Shown in pieces: positions 38,069 to 49,101 of a stretch of 64,000 nucleotides of DNA. This DNA comes from a virus: positions 1-64,000 of the IMG/VR virus record IMGVR_UViG_3300045684_000009; one strand, written 5' to 3'. Position 1 is the stretch's first letter, and each line of letters opens with the position of its first letter. The notes under the pieces are model-generated. The model saw only the letters and a list, made by a program, of their open reading frames with translations. It searched no databases and was not told the origin of the DNA. Made by a program: the position numbers and the translations under genes.

Positions 38069-39997
38069 ATGGCTTTAAAAGACAAAATAGTATTATTAGC
38101 TCAGGAGATAGCGGCGGACGTTAAGACATTATTAGCACACGCTGCCAATACTTCAAACCCACATTCAGTAGATAAAACTGATGTAGGTTTAGGTAATGTT
38201 CCAAATGTGGATGCGACAGATGTAGACAATCACAGTAGTGGAACTACTAATAAAGTGTATACGGCTGCCGAACAGACTAAAGTGGGATTTATCAGCGTAA
38301 CGCAGGCAGTAGACCTGGATGCAATGGAATCTGACATAGCTACTAATACAGCTAAAGTAGGAGTAACCACTGAGATATCAGATGTAGTTGAAGATTTAAC
38401 ACCACAATTAGGTGGAGATTTAGATCCAAATGGATTTGGAATAGGAGCTACTAGAGAGCTTTTAACTTTTGTCGAAGATGCTTCTGCAGTAAATCATTTA
38501 GAAATAGAAAATGAAGCTACAGGAGGTGGACCAATATTAAGAGCAACGGGTGATGACGCAGATGTAGACCTTACTTTAGAGACCAAAGGTGATGGTAGAA
38601 TAAATTTAGCTGACCATGTTTATGTAAAGGATTCAAGGGCTATAACAGCAGCAGATTCATCTGCATTAAATATTGATGCAGATTGGACAGGAGTTGGTGG
38701 GAGTTTTTATCGTAAAGGAGTTTTTTTAGATCTTAATTCTACTGGGTCAAATGCAAATGTTCTTGGACTAGATTTTAATTATAATGTAACAGGAACAAAC
38801 AGTAAAGGGGAGTTTATACGAGGGGTTGCAAGTAATAATGGTAGATTGGGATCAACAATGGTTGATTTATCTACTACAAATACTGAAATACTTTTCACAT
38901 CCTATAGTACATACTTTAACAAACAAGTCCAAAATTGGACAGGAATTACAAATAGCGATAGGTATAACCAAAAAGTGTACGGGTTATATAATGAGATAAA
39001 TGTAGATACAGCTTGGAACTCTGCGGCCAACGTAAATAAGCCTGAGTTCTATGGTTTGTGGAGTCAGATAGACACTCCTAGTTCTACTAACACAACTGAG
39101 TATGGTTTGTACCTAAATTCAGTAAATGGAGGGACAGATGATTTTGGAGTATATTCTTTAGGAAATGGTGCTAACATTTTTGAGGGTAATGTAGGTATAG
39201 GCAGGTTAACCGCAAGCTACCCATTGCACGTACAAGGATGGATAGTTAATGCTCAAGATGGTATACGAACTAGAACAGGAACTGCAGCAGAGCCTGCTCA
39301 TGGGTTTATTGATGATATTGATATGGGTATGTACCGTATTACTACGAATACAATAGGGTTCAGTACAGGAGCTGCTGAAAGAATGAGTATCAATGGATCA
39401 GGGGATGTAAAGGTATCTACAGGAAATTTAGGTATAGGGAGAGATCCTACAGAAACCTTAGATGTATACGCCAGTAGTCATGCTACATTAAAATTAGAAT
39501 CTGATACAGGGGATGCTATATTAACCTTAAATTCTAATAATGGTAGTGGAGACCAACCTGAAATATGGTTCAGAAGAAATTCAGGAGCAACAATGACGTT
39601 TAGAACGTTAGCTGCTTCAGATGACACAGAATTAACTACTTTTTCAAATACTCAAGAGTTACAACTACAAACTAGTGGAGGATTAACTAGTATGGGAGGA
39701 GGAGTTGCTTACACAACTACTACAAGTGCAGCAGGAAATTACACAGTTTTAGTAACTGATAAAGTAATATTTAAATCAGGAATAACTGGCGGAGGAGATA
39801 CAGTAACATTACCTAGTGGAGCTGCCACTGGACAAGTGTTTATAATAAAAGATAGTGGAGGAAACGCAAGTACAGATTCTATAACTATAGCTACTGCAGG
39901 TGCAGAAACTATAGATGGCGTTAGTACATACTCTATAAGACAAGATTATCAAAGTGTTACTGTTATTTTCGATGGTACAAATTATAATATAATATAA
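38069..39997 (+). CDS. tail fibre protein
   Basis: NPHSVDKTDVGLGNV, TPQLGGDLD, GNVGIG repeats, TVTLP...IIKD...ETIDG C-terminal module. Confidence 0.8.
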   Translation: MALKDKIVLLAQEIAADVKTLLAHAANTSNPHSVDKTDVGLGNVPNVDATDVDNHSSGTTNKVYTAAEQTKVGFISVTQAVDLDAMESDIATNTAKVGVTTEISDVVEDLTPQLGGDLDPNGFGIGATRELLTFVEDASAVNHLEIENEATGGGPILRATGDDADVDLTLETKGDGRINLADHVYVKDSRAITAADSSALNIDADWTGVGGSFYRKGVFLDLNSTGSNANVLGLDFNYNVTGTNSKGEFIRGVASNNGRLGSTMVDLSTTNTEILFTSYSTYFNKQVQNWTGITNSDRYNQKVYGLYNEINVDTAWNSAANVNKPEFYGLWSQIDTPSSTNTTEYGLYLNSVNGGTDDFGVYSLGNGANIFEGNVGIGRLTASYPLHVQGWIVNAQDGIRTRTGTAAEPAHGFIDDIDMGMYRITTNTIGFSTGAAERMSINGSGDVKVSTGNLGIGRDPTETLDVYASSHATLKLESDTGDAILTLNSNNGSGDQPEIWFRRNSGATMTFRTLAASDDTELTTFSNTQELQLQTSGGLTSMGGGVAYTTTTSAAGNYTVLVTDKVIFKSGITGGGDTVTLPSGAATGQVFIIKDSGGNASTDSITIATAGAETIDGVSTYSIRQDYQSVTVIFDGTNYNII

Positions 39998-40554
39998 TGA
40001 CATATATACCAGTAAATAACACAGGATATGGTGTATCTTGGAATGCAGACCAAAGTGCAGCAAGTAAAGATGCTGTTTATGATAAAATAGAAAGCTTAGG
40101 CGGTGGAACACCTATTTTCCAAGGGTTAATGACTACTGAGGTCACAACAAATTTAACGAGTTGGACAGATGTAGATTCTTATAATGTGTCGGAAACTATT
40201 GAAGATGCGACATATTTTACTTTCAATGAAACAACGGGCGTTTTAACATTGGAAGAAATAGGAACTTACCTTATAACGGGGTTTTCTTCTATGCAATCAG
40301 AAAGTTCAAGTAATAGTAATGCGATCGGATCAGTTAGGGCGGTTGAGGGTACAACGGCGATTCCATACGCACACGCTGGAATAACATTTAATAGAGATTT
40401 AACAGGTCAAGATATTACGACAGAATTTTCAAATTTCATTTTTGAAACAACGGCGATAGATACAGATATTAAATTACAAGTTAAAATAGAGGGGCCAGGG
40501 GCGTCATTTGTAAAATTGATATTTGTAAGGTTTTCAGTTACTAAAATAGCGTAA
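39997..40554 (+). CDS. fibre-associated protein (beta-sandwich tip)
   Basis: SWN...ASKDAVYDKIESL then beta-rich domain. Confidence 0.6.
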   Translation: MTYIPVNNTGYGVSWNADQSAASKDAVYDKIESLGGGTPIFQGLMTTEVTTNLTSWTDVDSYNVSETIEDATYFTFNETTGVLTLEEIGTYLITGFSSMQSESSSNSNAIGSVRAVEGTTAIPYAHAGITFNRDLTGQDITTEFSNFIFETTAIDTDIKLQVKIEGPGASFVKLIFVRFSVTKIA

Positions 40555-40594
40555 GCTAAAAAGAATACGGTTAAACACATACTAAAACTAAAAA

Positions 40595-41521
40595 ATGTCT
40601 TGTAAGACAAAACTTATATCAGAAGAGTACGAATTTACTTCAAAAGAGGAAAACAACCCTTGTTTTTGTGGAAGATCAAACTGTAAAGATGTATGTTATT
40701 CTTTTGATTACAAAGAGTTAGATGACTTGCAATATTCTATAAAGAATACAGTTTGTAAATTAGGCAGAAAAAAGATAGATAACTTATTTTGGGGGTACGG
40801 TTGTGAAGAAGATATAGATGTAAAAGTAGGTAAACTTAGAATACTAGATCAAGTAGTAGAAAGATACAAGACTGGTATATATTATGAAACGGCTGGTTGT
40901 TTATGCGCGTCTCAATTTCAAGATATAAAAGAACAAGTTATAGATTTGGTAGATGTGATTCCATGTGATATTGATTGTCGATTGGATTTAGGAATATCTG
41001 ATGAAAACTTGGCTCAACATATAATGGATGGTAACACTTGTATATCTTATGATAGATATGAGAAGTTTGCTAAACAATTGTGTCAAGATTTAAATATAAC
41101 ACTGACTAGTACTAAAGAGATTTGCGATTTAACATTATCGTTATCTGCAGATATAATAAGTTGTGACGTTTTGTTTGCAATAAAAGTGTATAAACAAATG
41201 TGCGACCTAGGTTACAGCGTCTCTAGAAATATAGATGAGTGTAAACTTGATTGGACGCTATTGCTAGAAAAAACTGATTGTAATTTAGATTTTGATTTAT
41301 ACAAAGAGTTAATAGATTGTAATTTAAGTTACGATATAATAAAAGAAATATATAGTTGCGGCTTGGAGTTAGAAGTTATTAACAATAACCCCGAACTAGT
41401 AACACCAATAGGTCGATATAAACTTTTTAATCTCGCTGAGAATAAATATGAAATATTGACAAAATACGGATTAGAAACAATATTAAAAGAAGAGGATTTA
41501 ACCTCTGATTACTGTAAATAG
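40595..41521 (+). CDS. Cys-rich structural protein with 13-aa periodic Cys repeat
   Basis: seven Cys spaced exactly 13 aa apart. Confidence 0.7.
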   Translation: MSCKTKLISEEYEFTSKEENNPCFCGRSNCKDVCYSFDYKELDDLQYSIKNTVCKLGRKKIDNLFWGYGCEEDIDVKVGKLRILDQVVERYKTGIYYETAGCLCASQFQDIKEQVIDLVDVIPCDIDCRLDLGISDENLAQHIMDGNTCISYDRYEKFAKQLCQDLNITLTSTKEICDLTLSLSADIISCDVLFAIKVYKQMCDLGYSVSRNIDECKLDWTLLLEKTDCNLDFDLYKELIDCNLSYDIIKEIYSCGLELEVINNNPELVTPIGRYKLFNLAENKYEILTKYGLETILKEEDLTSDYCK

Positions 41522-41528
41522 ATAAATT

Positions 41529-44500
41529 ATGTCAGGAGTACCAGTTACTTTGAAGATACAAAATGTAAAAAACGGGGACACCCCTTGTAAGAATCCTATT
41601 GTTGAAGTGGTATGTCAGCAAGGGAATTTGGCATTTCCATGTTCTAGAAAAGTTAAACCAAATGGGGAACTAGAAATAGTTATACCTACTGAAGCTTTTG
41701 AGCAAGGAGACTCTTGTGTTACATTAGCGGTCAAATGCGAAGAGTGTGACAGATGCCCTGCTAAAGAAGTAGAGGTATGTTTTTGCGACTCAGACACCGA
41801 TTGTAAAGACTGTCAATTATGTATTGATGGTATTTGTATAGACCAATGCCCTGAAGAATTTTGTATAAACGGCGTTTGTGCAGAGTGTGCTTCTGATGAA
41901 GATTGTCCTGAAGGTTTTGTTTGTCTTAACGGTAGATGTGTATGTCAATCTGGACTTATAGATGACAGAGGACATTGTGTTGATTGTTTAGGCGATGAAG
42001 ATTGTGGTCTTTGTGAAGTGTGTATTGGTGGAGACTGTGTACCTAAAGATTGTGGAGACCAAAAATGTGATCCAGATACAGGAGACTGTGTAGATTGCTT
42101 GACTTCAGAAGATTGTGGACCAAACCAAATATGTATAGACGGAGAGTGTGTATGTAAGGAAGGTTTTAGACCAGACCCTGTAACAGGTGAATGTGTAGCA
42201 GACTGTTTCAAAGATTCAGATTGTGGACCATGTGAAATTTGTGTAGGTGGACAATGTCAATCTAGATGTGAAGAAGGTGAGAAGTGTATAGACGATAAGT
42301 GTGTACCTTGGCCATGTAACGATGTAGCTTGTGATGATGGTGCAGATTGTGGTGTAGGTTGCGGTTGTGTAAATGGTGAATGTGTACCGTGTGCTTTATT
42401 AGGTTGTGCATCCCCGACAGAGTTTGGAGGTTGTGAAGCTGCTAATGTTTTAGGTTGCGAATGTAACGCTGCAGGAGATTGTGTTGGTGTAACTGACCCT
42501 TGTGCTAATTACGCTTGTTCTCAAGATTGTGGAAACAGACCTGATTGCGAATGTGTTGGCGGAAAGTGCGTATCTAAAAACTGTAAGTCTGATTTTAAAT
42601 TAAATAAAGAAGGTTGTTCATTAAAGGCTACTTTGTCTAGTAACGAATGTTGCCCATGTGGACCTCATACTATAAATAATAGAATAGACAACGCTACAAG
42701 ATTGTCTAGCCAAATTGATGTAATAGAAGGTACTCTTTTCATAAGAAAAGGTATACAAGCTAAAGTAACTAAAGAGCCTACGGGCGCAAGTGGTTTAATT
42801 TTGGATTCTATTCCATTAGTGGATGACTCGGTTGCATATTCTGTGGCGGGGAATGAAGAACCTATTTCAGGAAAAATAGGAATATATATAACATACGAAT
42901 TAGAAACTCCAACAGGGTCTATAATCGAAGATGATACTTACGGACCTGAATCAGACAATCCGTTAGTACAATTAGATGTTTTGTCTTCTTCGGAGGTTTT
43001 GTGGACGTTGAATAATACAGTAGGTTATGTACCTGTAGGTTCAGTTATAAATGGAAACACTGTAAAATCTGCAAATGTAACATTTAGAGTATACGAAACT
43101 ATTGTATTCTTAAGTGGTTGCAAATATGAACCACAATATCTATTCAGATATAAAGTGGACAGTCCTGCATACTTTGATGTAGCTACTACTCCTATTTCAG
43201 AAGATGTATTCTTCCATAGGTCAACTCTATTAGTGACTGACAATTGTGCTAACCCAACATTCTTTTGGTTTAGAGGTCATGAGTCTGTAGATGGTGTACA
43301 GTTTGACCAACTACCTTTCAGAGTAACATATGTTAGTAAAGATTCAACTTCTGACTTTGTAGACATAATCGATTCAACTGAAATAAATCAATTACATAAT
43401 GTAAACAACAATATAGACGACCACTCTGAATTGTGGTCAGGACATTATTATAAAGTAACTACGAATTGTGGTTGTGGGTCTAAAACAGTAAACTTAGAAT
43501 CTTGCGGAAGTGAGCCAGGCATTGCTGTATTTTGTGATCCTACAGAAGCTAAAGTAGATTGGCAGTGTGGTTCAGTCACGTTTGCTAAAGACTTTGTAAC
43601 TGGATGTCCAATTAACTTCAATTTAGGTAATGACTTAGATTCTCAAAATACACCATTCCCTTATGCGTCAGGTGACCCTGACAGTTCTAATCAATCTGAC
43701 ATCCACGAAGATGCTCAAGTGTATTGGGCTATATATGCTAACGGTATTGATATTATACCTGACAGTATTCAAAGGGCAAAGAGTGGGTCAAACGTTGATT
43801 CTAATGGAAATCCTATACAAGTTATTTACAAAGAAAACGACGAGTACGAATTTGATAATTTAAGCTCGATAGTTATTAAGTGGGGTAGATGCTTAGAGAA
43901 AGACTCTAATGGTAACTGTATTACGTTCCAACCTTATAAGTGTGACGAGTGTAATATTACTTTAGTTAGTAACGTACCTCCAATTTCGACACCAGGTTAC
44001 GATATTGAATGTATAGACGATGGTGGAGCAAGAAGTTGGTTAGTTACCTTCAAGAGTTTACAAAACTATCCTGACTTAGCTAGTATCGTATTTAACGGAG
44101 TTGAAAAACCTATTGGTAATTCAACAGAAGCTGCTTTTTCAGTAGGTGTTCCTCAGTCTTATGACGTTACGTTTAAATTTAATGAGAAATGTCAAGCTAC
44201 TGAAGAGGTGGTAGTTACTGCCAATTGCGATTGTCCTGATGTATTTATTACTTCGGGTGTTGATTGCGATAACGACACTACTAGTATTAATTTAGTACTT
44301 AGTAATTCATTGAATTATTCAGGAACATATACTTTTACAAATTCAAGCGGTGAGGTTGTGGAAGTTGAAGGTGATACTGTATCATATTTAGACACATATG
44401 TAAGTGGATATACTTATACTGTTAGATTTACTAACGCATTTTGTGATAAGTCTAATTCATCAACGCCATTCTTAAGAGGAAGTTCTGTTATAGAGTCTCT

Positions 44501-46589
44501 TCAAGATTCTGAAATCAATGTTTGCGGAAATAACGCAGGTGATATTGTTTACAATACTCCTAATTTGACAGGTGACGTTGTTTATTCAGTGGACGGTGGT
44601 GCGGATTTATTCGAATCAGTATCGTCTGGTTCTGTGAATATAACAATACCTACGGGTGCTCAAACTGTTGTAATAAAAGGTAACTCTTTAGCTAACGCAG
44701 AAGGAGACCAATGTGTAACGTTAACACCTAGTACTTTTAACATCAACTATTTAGATGAACTTGTATCAGGTGCGTTAACGGTATCTGATAATGATATATG
44801 TGAAGGAGAGTCTGTTACACTTACGATAACGGGAGCATCTCCAAGCACATCTGCTATCATAGATGAGATAGCACAAACAATTGAAATAAATGGAAGCGGA
44901 GTGGGTACTTTAGTACTTACACCTGTAGAGGGTGTTCAAACATACACTTATTCTGCACTTCAAGGTGGAGAATGTGATGATTTAGTTGTAGGTCAATCTG
45001 TTTCTGTAACCGTTAATGCGGGTATAGTTGTGGAATCTATAACTACGAATTGTTCTGCTGATTTATCTACATATACTGTAACAGTGGACTTAGGTTCAAA
45101 TGCTGACTCAGTAACTGTAAATGGAAACGCAGTAACACCAGGTTTTGGTTCGATATATAATTGGGACGTACCTTCGGGGAATGTTGCTACTATTATTATA
45201 ACTACTGGAACGTGTGTAATAACTGAAGAGATTTCTGAAGATTGCGAATGTGGGGATGTACCTCAACCAACTGTGTCTCAAACTTCGGTTGATTATTGTT
45301 CAGGAGCAAACCCTGCAGTGAATGTTACATCACCTAGTGGTTCTTTATATAACATCGTAACTACAAATGGTACTGTTACACCACCTATAGACCCTGACAC
45401 TTATGTTGGTGGAGTTTCTATAACGGGAGGTTCAAGTACTACTTTAGATGCAGATGGTTTCCCAGGATGGTATGCTGCGTGGTTAGTAGCCGACGATGGT
45501 TCAGATTGTACTTCAGAACCTGTGTATGTTGAATTTACTGAAATAACACCACCAACAGTTAATATATTAGGTCCATCAACTGTATGTAACAACGAGACAG
45601 GTTCAGTGTCTGCCGTAGTTTCAAATGGTTCAGGAACTTACTCATATGAGTGGTCAACTAATCAAGGTTCGGTAACAGGAAGTAGTTCTAGTGTGAACTT
45701 TGATCCTCAATCTACAATAGGTACAATGACTATCACTGTAATAATTACAGATTTAATAACTGATTGTACAAACACTGCCAATATCAATATTACTCTTGAG
45801 GATTGTACTACTCCTTGTGATGAAGTAACTTTGGAGTTAGGCGATGTTTCTCAAGATTGTCTAAACTATACTGTTGAATGGCCTATATTAGGTGGAATTG
45901 CTCCTTATACAATAGGTTCAGTTACAGGAGGTGTGATAAATGGAAACAACGGTACGAATATAACTTATCCAGCTTGTACTGCAGGTAACTGTATCAGCAT
46001 AGTGGGTGGTGACGTTTTAACTATAGATTTTGCAGAGGCTGAATTAGGTGAAGTATTTGATGGAGGAAGAGTGACAATAGTTGACGATAACGGTTGTGAA
46101 CGAACATTCGTAGTAAATTTCGGAGGATGTTCAATACCTGACTGTGATGTAACATTATCAGGTTCAGGACCGTCAGGGTTGATATTTACAAGTACAGAGT
46201 ATAATGGTGAGGATATATTAATCAATACATTTAACAATTCTCAAGAACTTGTAAATAGTGAACGTTTTGTTATTAAAGTGACTAATGACGGAACAACTAC
46301 TACGTTAGTTGATACAGGGTATACTTATCAGATATATAACGCAGGTGAGTGTCAAGAGGATAATGGTTACCCAATTGTAGATTTAAGTGCTACACCTGTG
46401 GGTACAATTATAAACGGATTATTACCTACGGTTGCCGCAGGTGTCGATGTTGAATTTGAAAGTACGGTGAACACCGAATTGTTGATAACTTACACTACTG
46501 CACCAGGGGATGTGATTACGATCGAGCGTAATGATCCAGGCTGTTCAGGTTTAACTGGGGGGTTTGTATTGAAAGTGACGTGTCCTTAA
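41529..46589 (+). CDS. giant Cys-repeat plus Ig/PKD-like adhesin protein
   Basis: C..D.DC..C..C..G.C repeats in first ~370 aa; ICEGESVTLT, GSGTYSYEWS, GGIAPYT, DDNGC motifs. Confidence 0.75.
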   Translation: MSGVPVTLKIQNVKNGDTPCKNPIVEVVCQQGNLAFPCSRKVKPNGELEIVIPTEAFEQGDSCVTLAVKCEECDRCPAKEVEVCFCDSDTDCKDCQLCIDGICIDQCPEEFCINGVCAECASDEDCPEGFVCLNGRCVCQSGLIDDRGHCVDCLGDEDCGLCEVCIGGDCVPKDCGDQKCDPDTGDCVDCLTSEDCGPNQICIDGECVCKEGFRPDPVTGECVADCFKDSDCGPCEICVGGQCQSRCEEGEKCIDDKCVPWPCNDVACDDGADCGVGCGCVNGECVPCALLGCASPTEFGGCEAANVLGCECNAAGDCVGVTDPCANYACSQDCGNRPDCECVGGKCVSKNCKSDFKLNKEGCSLKATLSSNECCPCGPHTINNRIDNATRLSSQIDVIEGTLFIRKGIQAKVTKEPTGASGLILDSIPLVDDSVAYSVAGNEEPISGKIGIYITYELETPTGSIIEDDTYGPESDNPLVQLDVLSSSEVLWTLNNTVGYVPVGSVINGNTVKSANVTFRVYETIVFLSGCKYEPQYLFRYKVDSPAYFDVATTPISEDVFFHRSTLLVTDNCANPTFFWFRGHESVDGVQFDQLPFRVTYVSKDSTSDFVDIIDSTEINQLHNVNNNIDDHSELWSGHYYKVTTNCGCGSKTVNLESCGSEPGIAVFCDPTEAKVDWQCGSVTFAKDFVTGCPINFNLGNDLDSQNTPFPYASGDPDSSNQSDIHEDAQVYWAIYANGIDIIPDSIQRAKSGSNVDSNGNPIQVIYKENDEYEFDNLSSIVIKWGRCLEKDSNGNCITFQPYKCDECNITLVSNVPPISTPGYDIECIDDGGARSWLVTFKSLQNYPDLASIVFNGVEKPIGNSTEAAFSVGVPQSYDVTFKFNEKCQATEEVVVTANCDCPDVFITSGVDCDNDTTSINLVLSNSLNYSGTYTFTNSSGEVVEVEGDTVSYLDTYVSGYTYTVRFTNAFCDKSNSSTPFLRGSSVIESLQDSEINVCGNNAGDIVYNTPNLTGDVVYSVDGGADLFESVSSGSVNITIPTGAQTVVIKGNSLANAEGDQCVTLTPSTFNINYLDELVSGALTVSDNDICEGESVTLTITGASPSTSAIIDEIAQTIEINGSGVGTLVLTPVEGVQTYTYSALQGGECDDLVVGQSVSVTVNAGIVVESITTNCSADLSTYTVTVDLGSNADSVTVNGNAVTPGFGSIYNWDVPSGNVATIIITTGTCVITEEISEDCECGDVPQPTVSQTSVDYCSGANPAVNVTSPSGSLYNIVTTNGTVTPPIDPDTYVGGVSITGGSSTTLDADGFPGWYAAWLVADDGSDCTSEPVYVEFTEITPPTVNILGPSTVCNNETGSVSAVVSNGSGTYSYEWSTNQGSVTGSSSSVNFDPQSTIGTMTITVIITDLITDCTNTANINITLEDCTTPCDEVTLELGDVSQDCLNYTVEWPILGGIAPYTIGSVTGGVINGNNGTNITYPACTAGNCISIVGGDVLTIDFAEAELGEVFDGGRVTIVDDNGCERTFVVNFGGCSIPDCDVTLSGSGPSGLIFTSTEYNGEDILINTFNNSQELVNSERFVIKVTNDGTTTTLVDTGYTYQIYNAGECQEDNGYPIVDLSATPVGTIINGLLPTVAAGVDVEFESTVNTELLITYTTAPGDVITIERNDPGCSGLTGGFVLKVTCP

Positions 46590-46614
46590 TAGAAATTTAG
46601 AAATATAGTAATAA

Positions 46615-48702
46615 ATGGAAAACTGTACAAACTGTGGGTCTAATTGTTTTGAAAAACCTAATAACTGCATATATCATGCAGGTAAATCAGAAGGTGTTGT
46701 AAAACAAGGAAGTTCACAAGCTATAGTAAATGAAGAACTAGGAAAAGAGCTTAATCGAGTCGCCAATAAGGTGGACTCGTGCTCTTTCTGTTCAGGTGGT
46801 ACATCAAACTCTAGTAGTTCTGATGTTTCTACGAATTCCGTTGTAAACTCTAATCCAATTAGATGCAATGTGGCGGGCAGTTTTTCTGAAACAGCTAAGA
46901 TAAAAGTTGAAACTATACCTGACGCTAATGGTGTCGGTGTAGTATATGATTTAACAGATGCATTACCTGAAGGTAAAGTGATATCATCTAGAACGTGTGT
47001 TGAGGGAAAAGTAGGTGGAGAAGATAGAATACTAACGGAGTCCGATAGTCTACGTTCTTCTTTTTCATTAAAACCTAATCAGTTTCCTGCAACTCTAGAC
47101 GTTAGCACTCGAGTGATGACAGATAGTGGGGAAAAGGTGATAACAGGACGAACTCCTTTGGATTCCAATGGAAAAGCAGATACACCTATTGTAGAAATTA
47201 AATCAATTGGTAGAGATGCTACTAACTTTCAATCTGATGTAAATAAAGTATTTGATGATAAACTTTGTTCTCTAGAGTCTAAAGTAGATTCTGTATATAG
47301 TTCAAGTTTATTTGCGGAGATAGAAGCCTTAAAACTTCAAGTAGCCTCATTACAAACTACATTAGCTAATGTATCGAATCTTAAAGTAACATACCAAGAC
47401 AACTGTGACGATTGTGGTGGTGGAACAACTACAAGCACATTAGGTGCAGCACTTACGAGTATTAACCAAAAGGCTTGTACAAACGCTGCAGGAGTGCTTG
47501 AGAACCGTTCTACGGGTACTTCTCTTACTGATCGATATAATAGTATACCTGTAACCTTAAATGCGTTATCGGGAGCTTACACAACACCTGGCGGTACAAT
47601 TACGTATCCTAATACAACAGGTGGTGGCGGCGGTGGTGGAAGTACAGATGGTAATGGCGGTGATGATGGAGGTACAACTCCTACAACCATTACTTGTCCG
47701 ATAACTATCACATACTATAATAGAAAGAATTGTGGTGGAAATATTTTATCTGAAGTACAGAGTGCATTAACTGCTGAAATAGGAACTATCGACCCTAATT
47801 TTACATTAGTGTGGAAGTCTGACAGATCTGGTACAATATCTACACCTAGCGTGTGTCCTGGAATGAATTTTACAGTAACTTGTGGGGAAAATACATCACC
47901 GCTAATTAGTGCGTTACAAACTACTGTCCCTACTGCTGTACAATCAGCTAGAGACTTTGTTGCATCTAATTGTGAATGTGATGTGGATACTCAAGATACA
48001 GACTGTGGAAACTTCGAAGACTTATATGAAATCATATGTATAGCTCCAGATAAAGTGAGCGTAGTACCTACTTCTGCAGGTTATGTAGTTAGTTGGGGTG
48101 GTAATAAAACAGGTAATCCCTCTTATACTCAGCAGTCAGAGTTTGGTAATCCAGACACTATAGGTTTCAATGACGGACATGGTGATACTATATATTTAGC
48201 ATTTAGAGTGATTAGATTGTCTGATAGCACTGTATGTGGAGAAGGAACTGATGAATTGAATCAAGTTGAATTCTTTGCAAACTGTACAAGTGGTGACGGT
48301 GGCGGCGGTGAAAATGGTTGTATCTATCAGAATATACCTTACGTGGGTAACTTTAATCTATCAAATGGTATTGTAACAATGATATCAGAAGATGGTGGAG
48401 ACATTGCTATAACTGGTAGTGGATTTACGGATTTAATACAAAGTGGTGTACCTACAGAAGTTCCGACTTGGAATCCTACTGTAAGTGCTACAGCTTATGA
48501 TCCTGATAATTGTTTCGCACCTTATTTCTTTGAGATTCATCCTAATGACTTATCTACTGATCTAGTACCAGGCGAAGAACCAGACTGTTGTGCACCAGGA
48601 GAGTCGTGTTGTCAGTACAGTAATGGCTCGTATGATTGTGATGACCCAGCTACATGCGCTGCGGGAGGCGGACAAGCAGCTTCAGATGGAGATTGTTGTT
48701 AA
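46615..48702 (+). CDS. Cys/Gly-rich structural protein with coiled coil
   Basis: 695 aa; CTNC start, EIEALKLQVASLQTTL coil, Gly linkers, CC end. Confidence 0.7.
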   Translation: MENCTNCGSNCFEKPNNCIYHAGKSEGVVKQGSSQAIVNEELGKELNRVANKVDSCSFCSGGTSNSSSSDVSTNSVVNSNPIRCNVAGSFSETAKIKVETIPDANGVGVVYDLTDALPEGKVISSRTCVEGKVGGEDRILTESDSLRSSFSLKPNQFPATLDVSTRVMTDSGEKVITGRTPLDSNGKADTPIVEIKSIGRDATNFQSDVNKVFDDKLCSLESKVDSVYSSSLFAEIEALKLQVASLQTTLANVSNLKVTYQDNCDDCGGGTTTSTLGAALTSINQKACTNAAGVLENRSTGTSLTDRYNSIPVTLNALSGAYTTPGGTITYPNTTGGGGGGGSTDGNGGDDGGTTPTTITCPITITYYNRKNCGGNILSEVQSALTAEIGTIDPNFTLVWKSDRSGTISTPSVCPGMNFTVTCGENTSPLISALQTTVPTAVQSARDFVASNCECDVDTQDTDCGNFEDLYEIICIAPDKVSVVPTSAGYVVSWGGNKTGNPSYTQQSEFGNPDTIGFNDGHGDTIYLAFRVIRLSDSTVCGEGTDELNQVEFFANCTSGDGGGGENGCIYQNIPYVGNFNLSNGIVTMISEDGGDIAITGSGFTDLIQSGVPTEVPTWNPTVSATAYDPDNCFAPYFFEIHPNDLSTDLVPGEEPDCCAPGESCCQYSNGSYDCDDPATCAAGGGQAASDGDCC

Positions 48703-48720
48703 CATAAAAAATAACAAAAG

Positions 48721-49101
48721 ATGGAAGATAAATATACTATAAAACAGGTAGCAGATAAAATTGAAACTGCGTTATTACTAGACACTACAATATCTAGAAC
48801 TAAATGTTGGATGACATTTTTAACTGTAGAAGAATTAAACAGTGCAGATATAGAGGATATGGCTGTAGAGCTAGTGAATAATATACACGAACATGTTGAC
48901 ACTCAATATCCTGACGCTAAGAGCGTAGAATATGCAGAACTACCAGTTTGGATAAAAGAATACGACTCAGAAAACTCTTCGAGGCGAATTATAAGAGAAA
49001 ATGAAGAGATTGGACACGAGTTTTATTATACAATACAAGATGCAGGAGACAACGTGTGGTCGTTTCAAGTTTGTGTAAATGCAGTAATAACTTTACCATA
49101 A
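48721..49101 (+). CDS. hypothetical protein
   Basis: 126-aa ORF. Confidence 0.65.
   Translation: MEDKYTIKQVADKIETALLLDTTISRTKCWMTFLTVEELNSADIEDMAVELVNNIHEHVDTQYPDAKSVEYAELPVWIKEYDSENSSRRIIRENEEIGHEFYYTIQDAGDNVWSFQVCVNAVITLP

Noticed and set aside
30852-48702. Diversity-generating retroelement or invertible fibre cassette
   Set aside because: No reverse transcriptase, recombinase, adenine-variant template/variable repeat pair or inverted gene copies seen in the window
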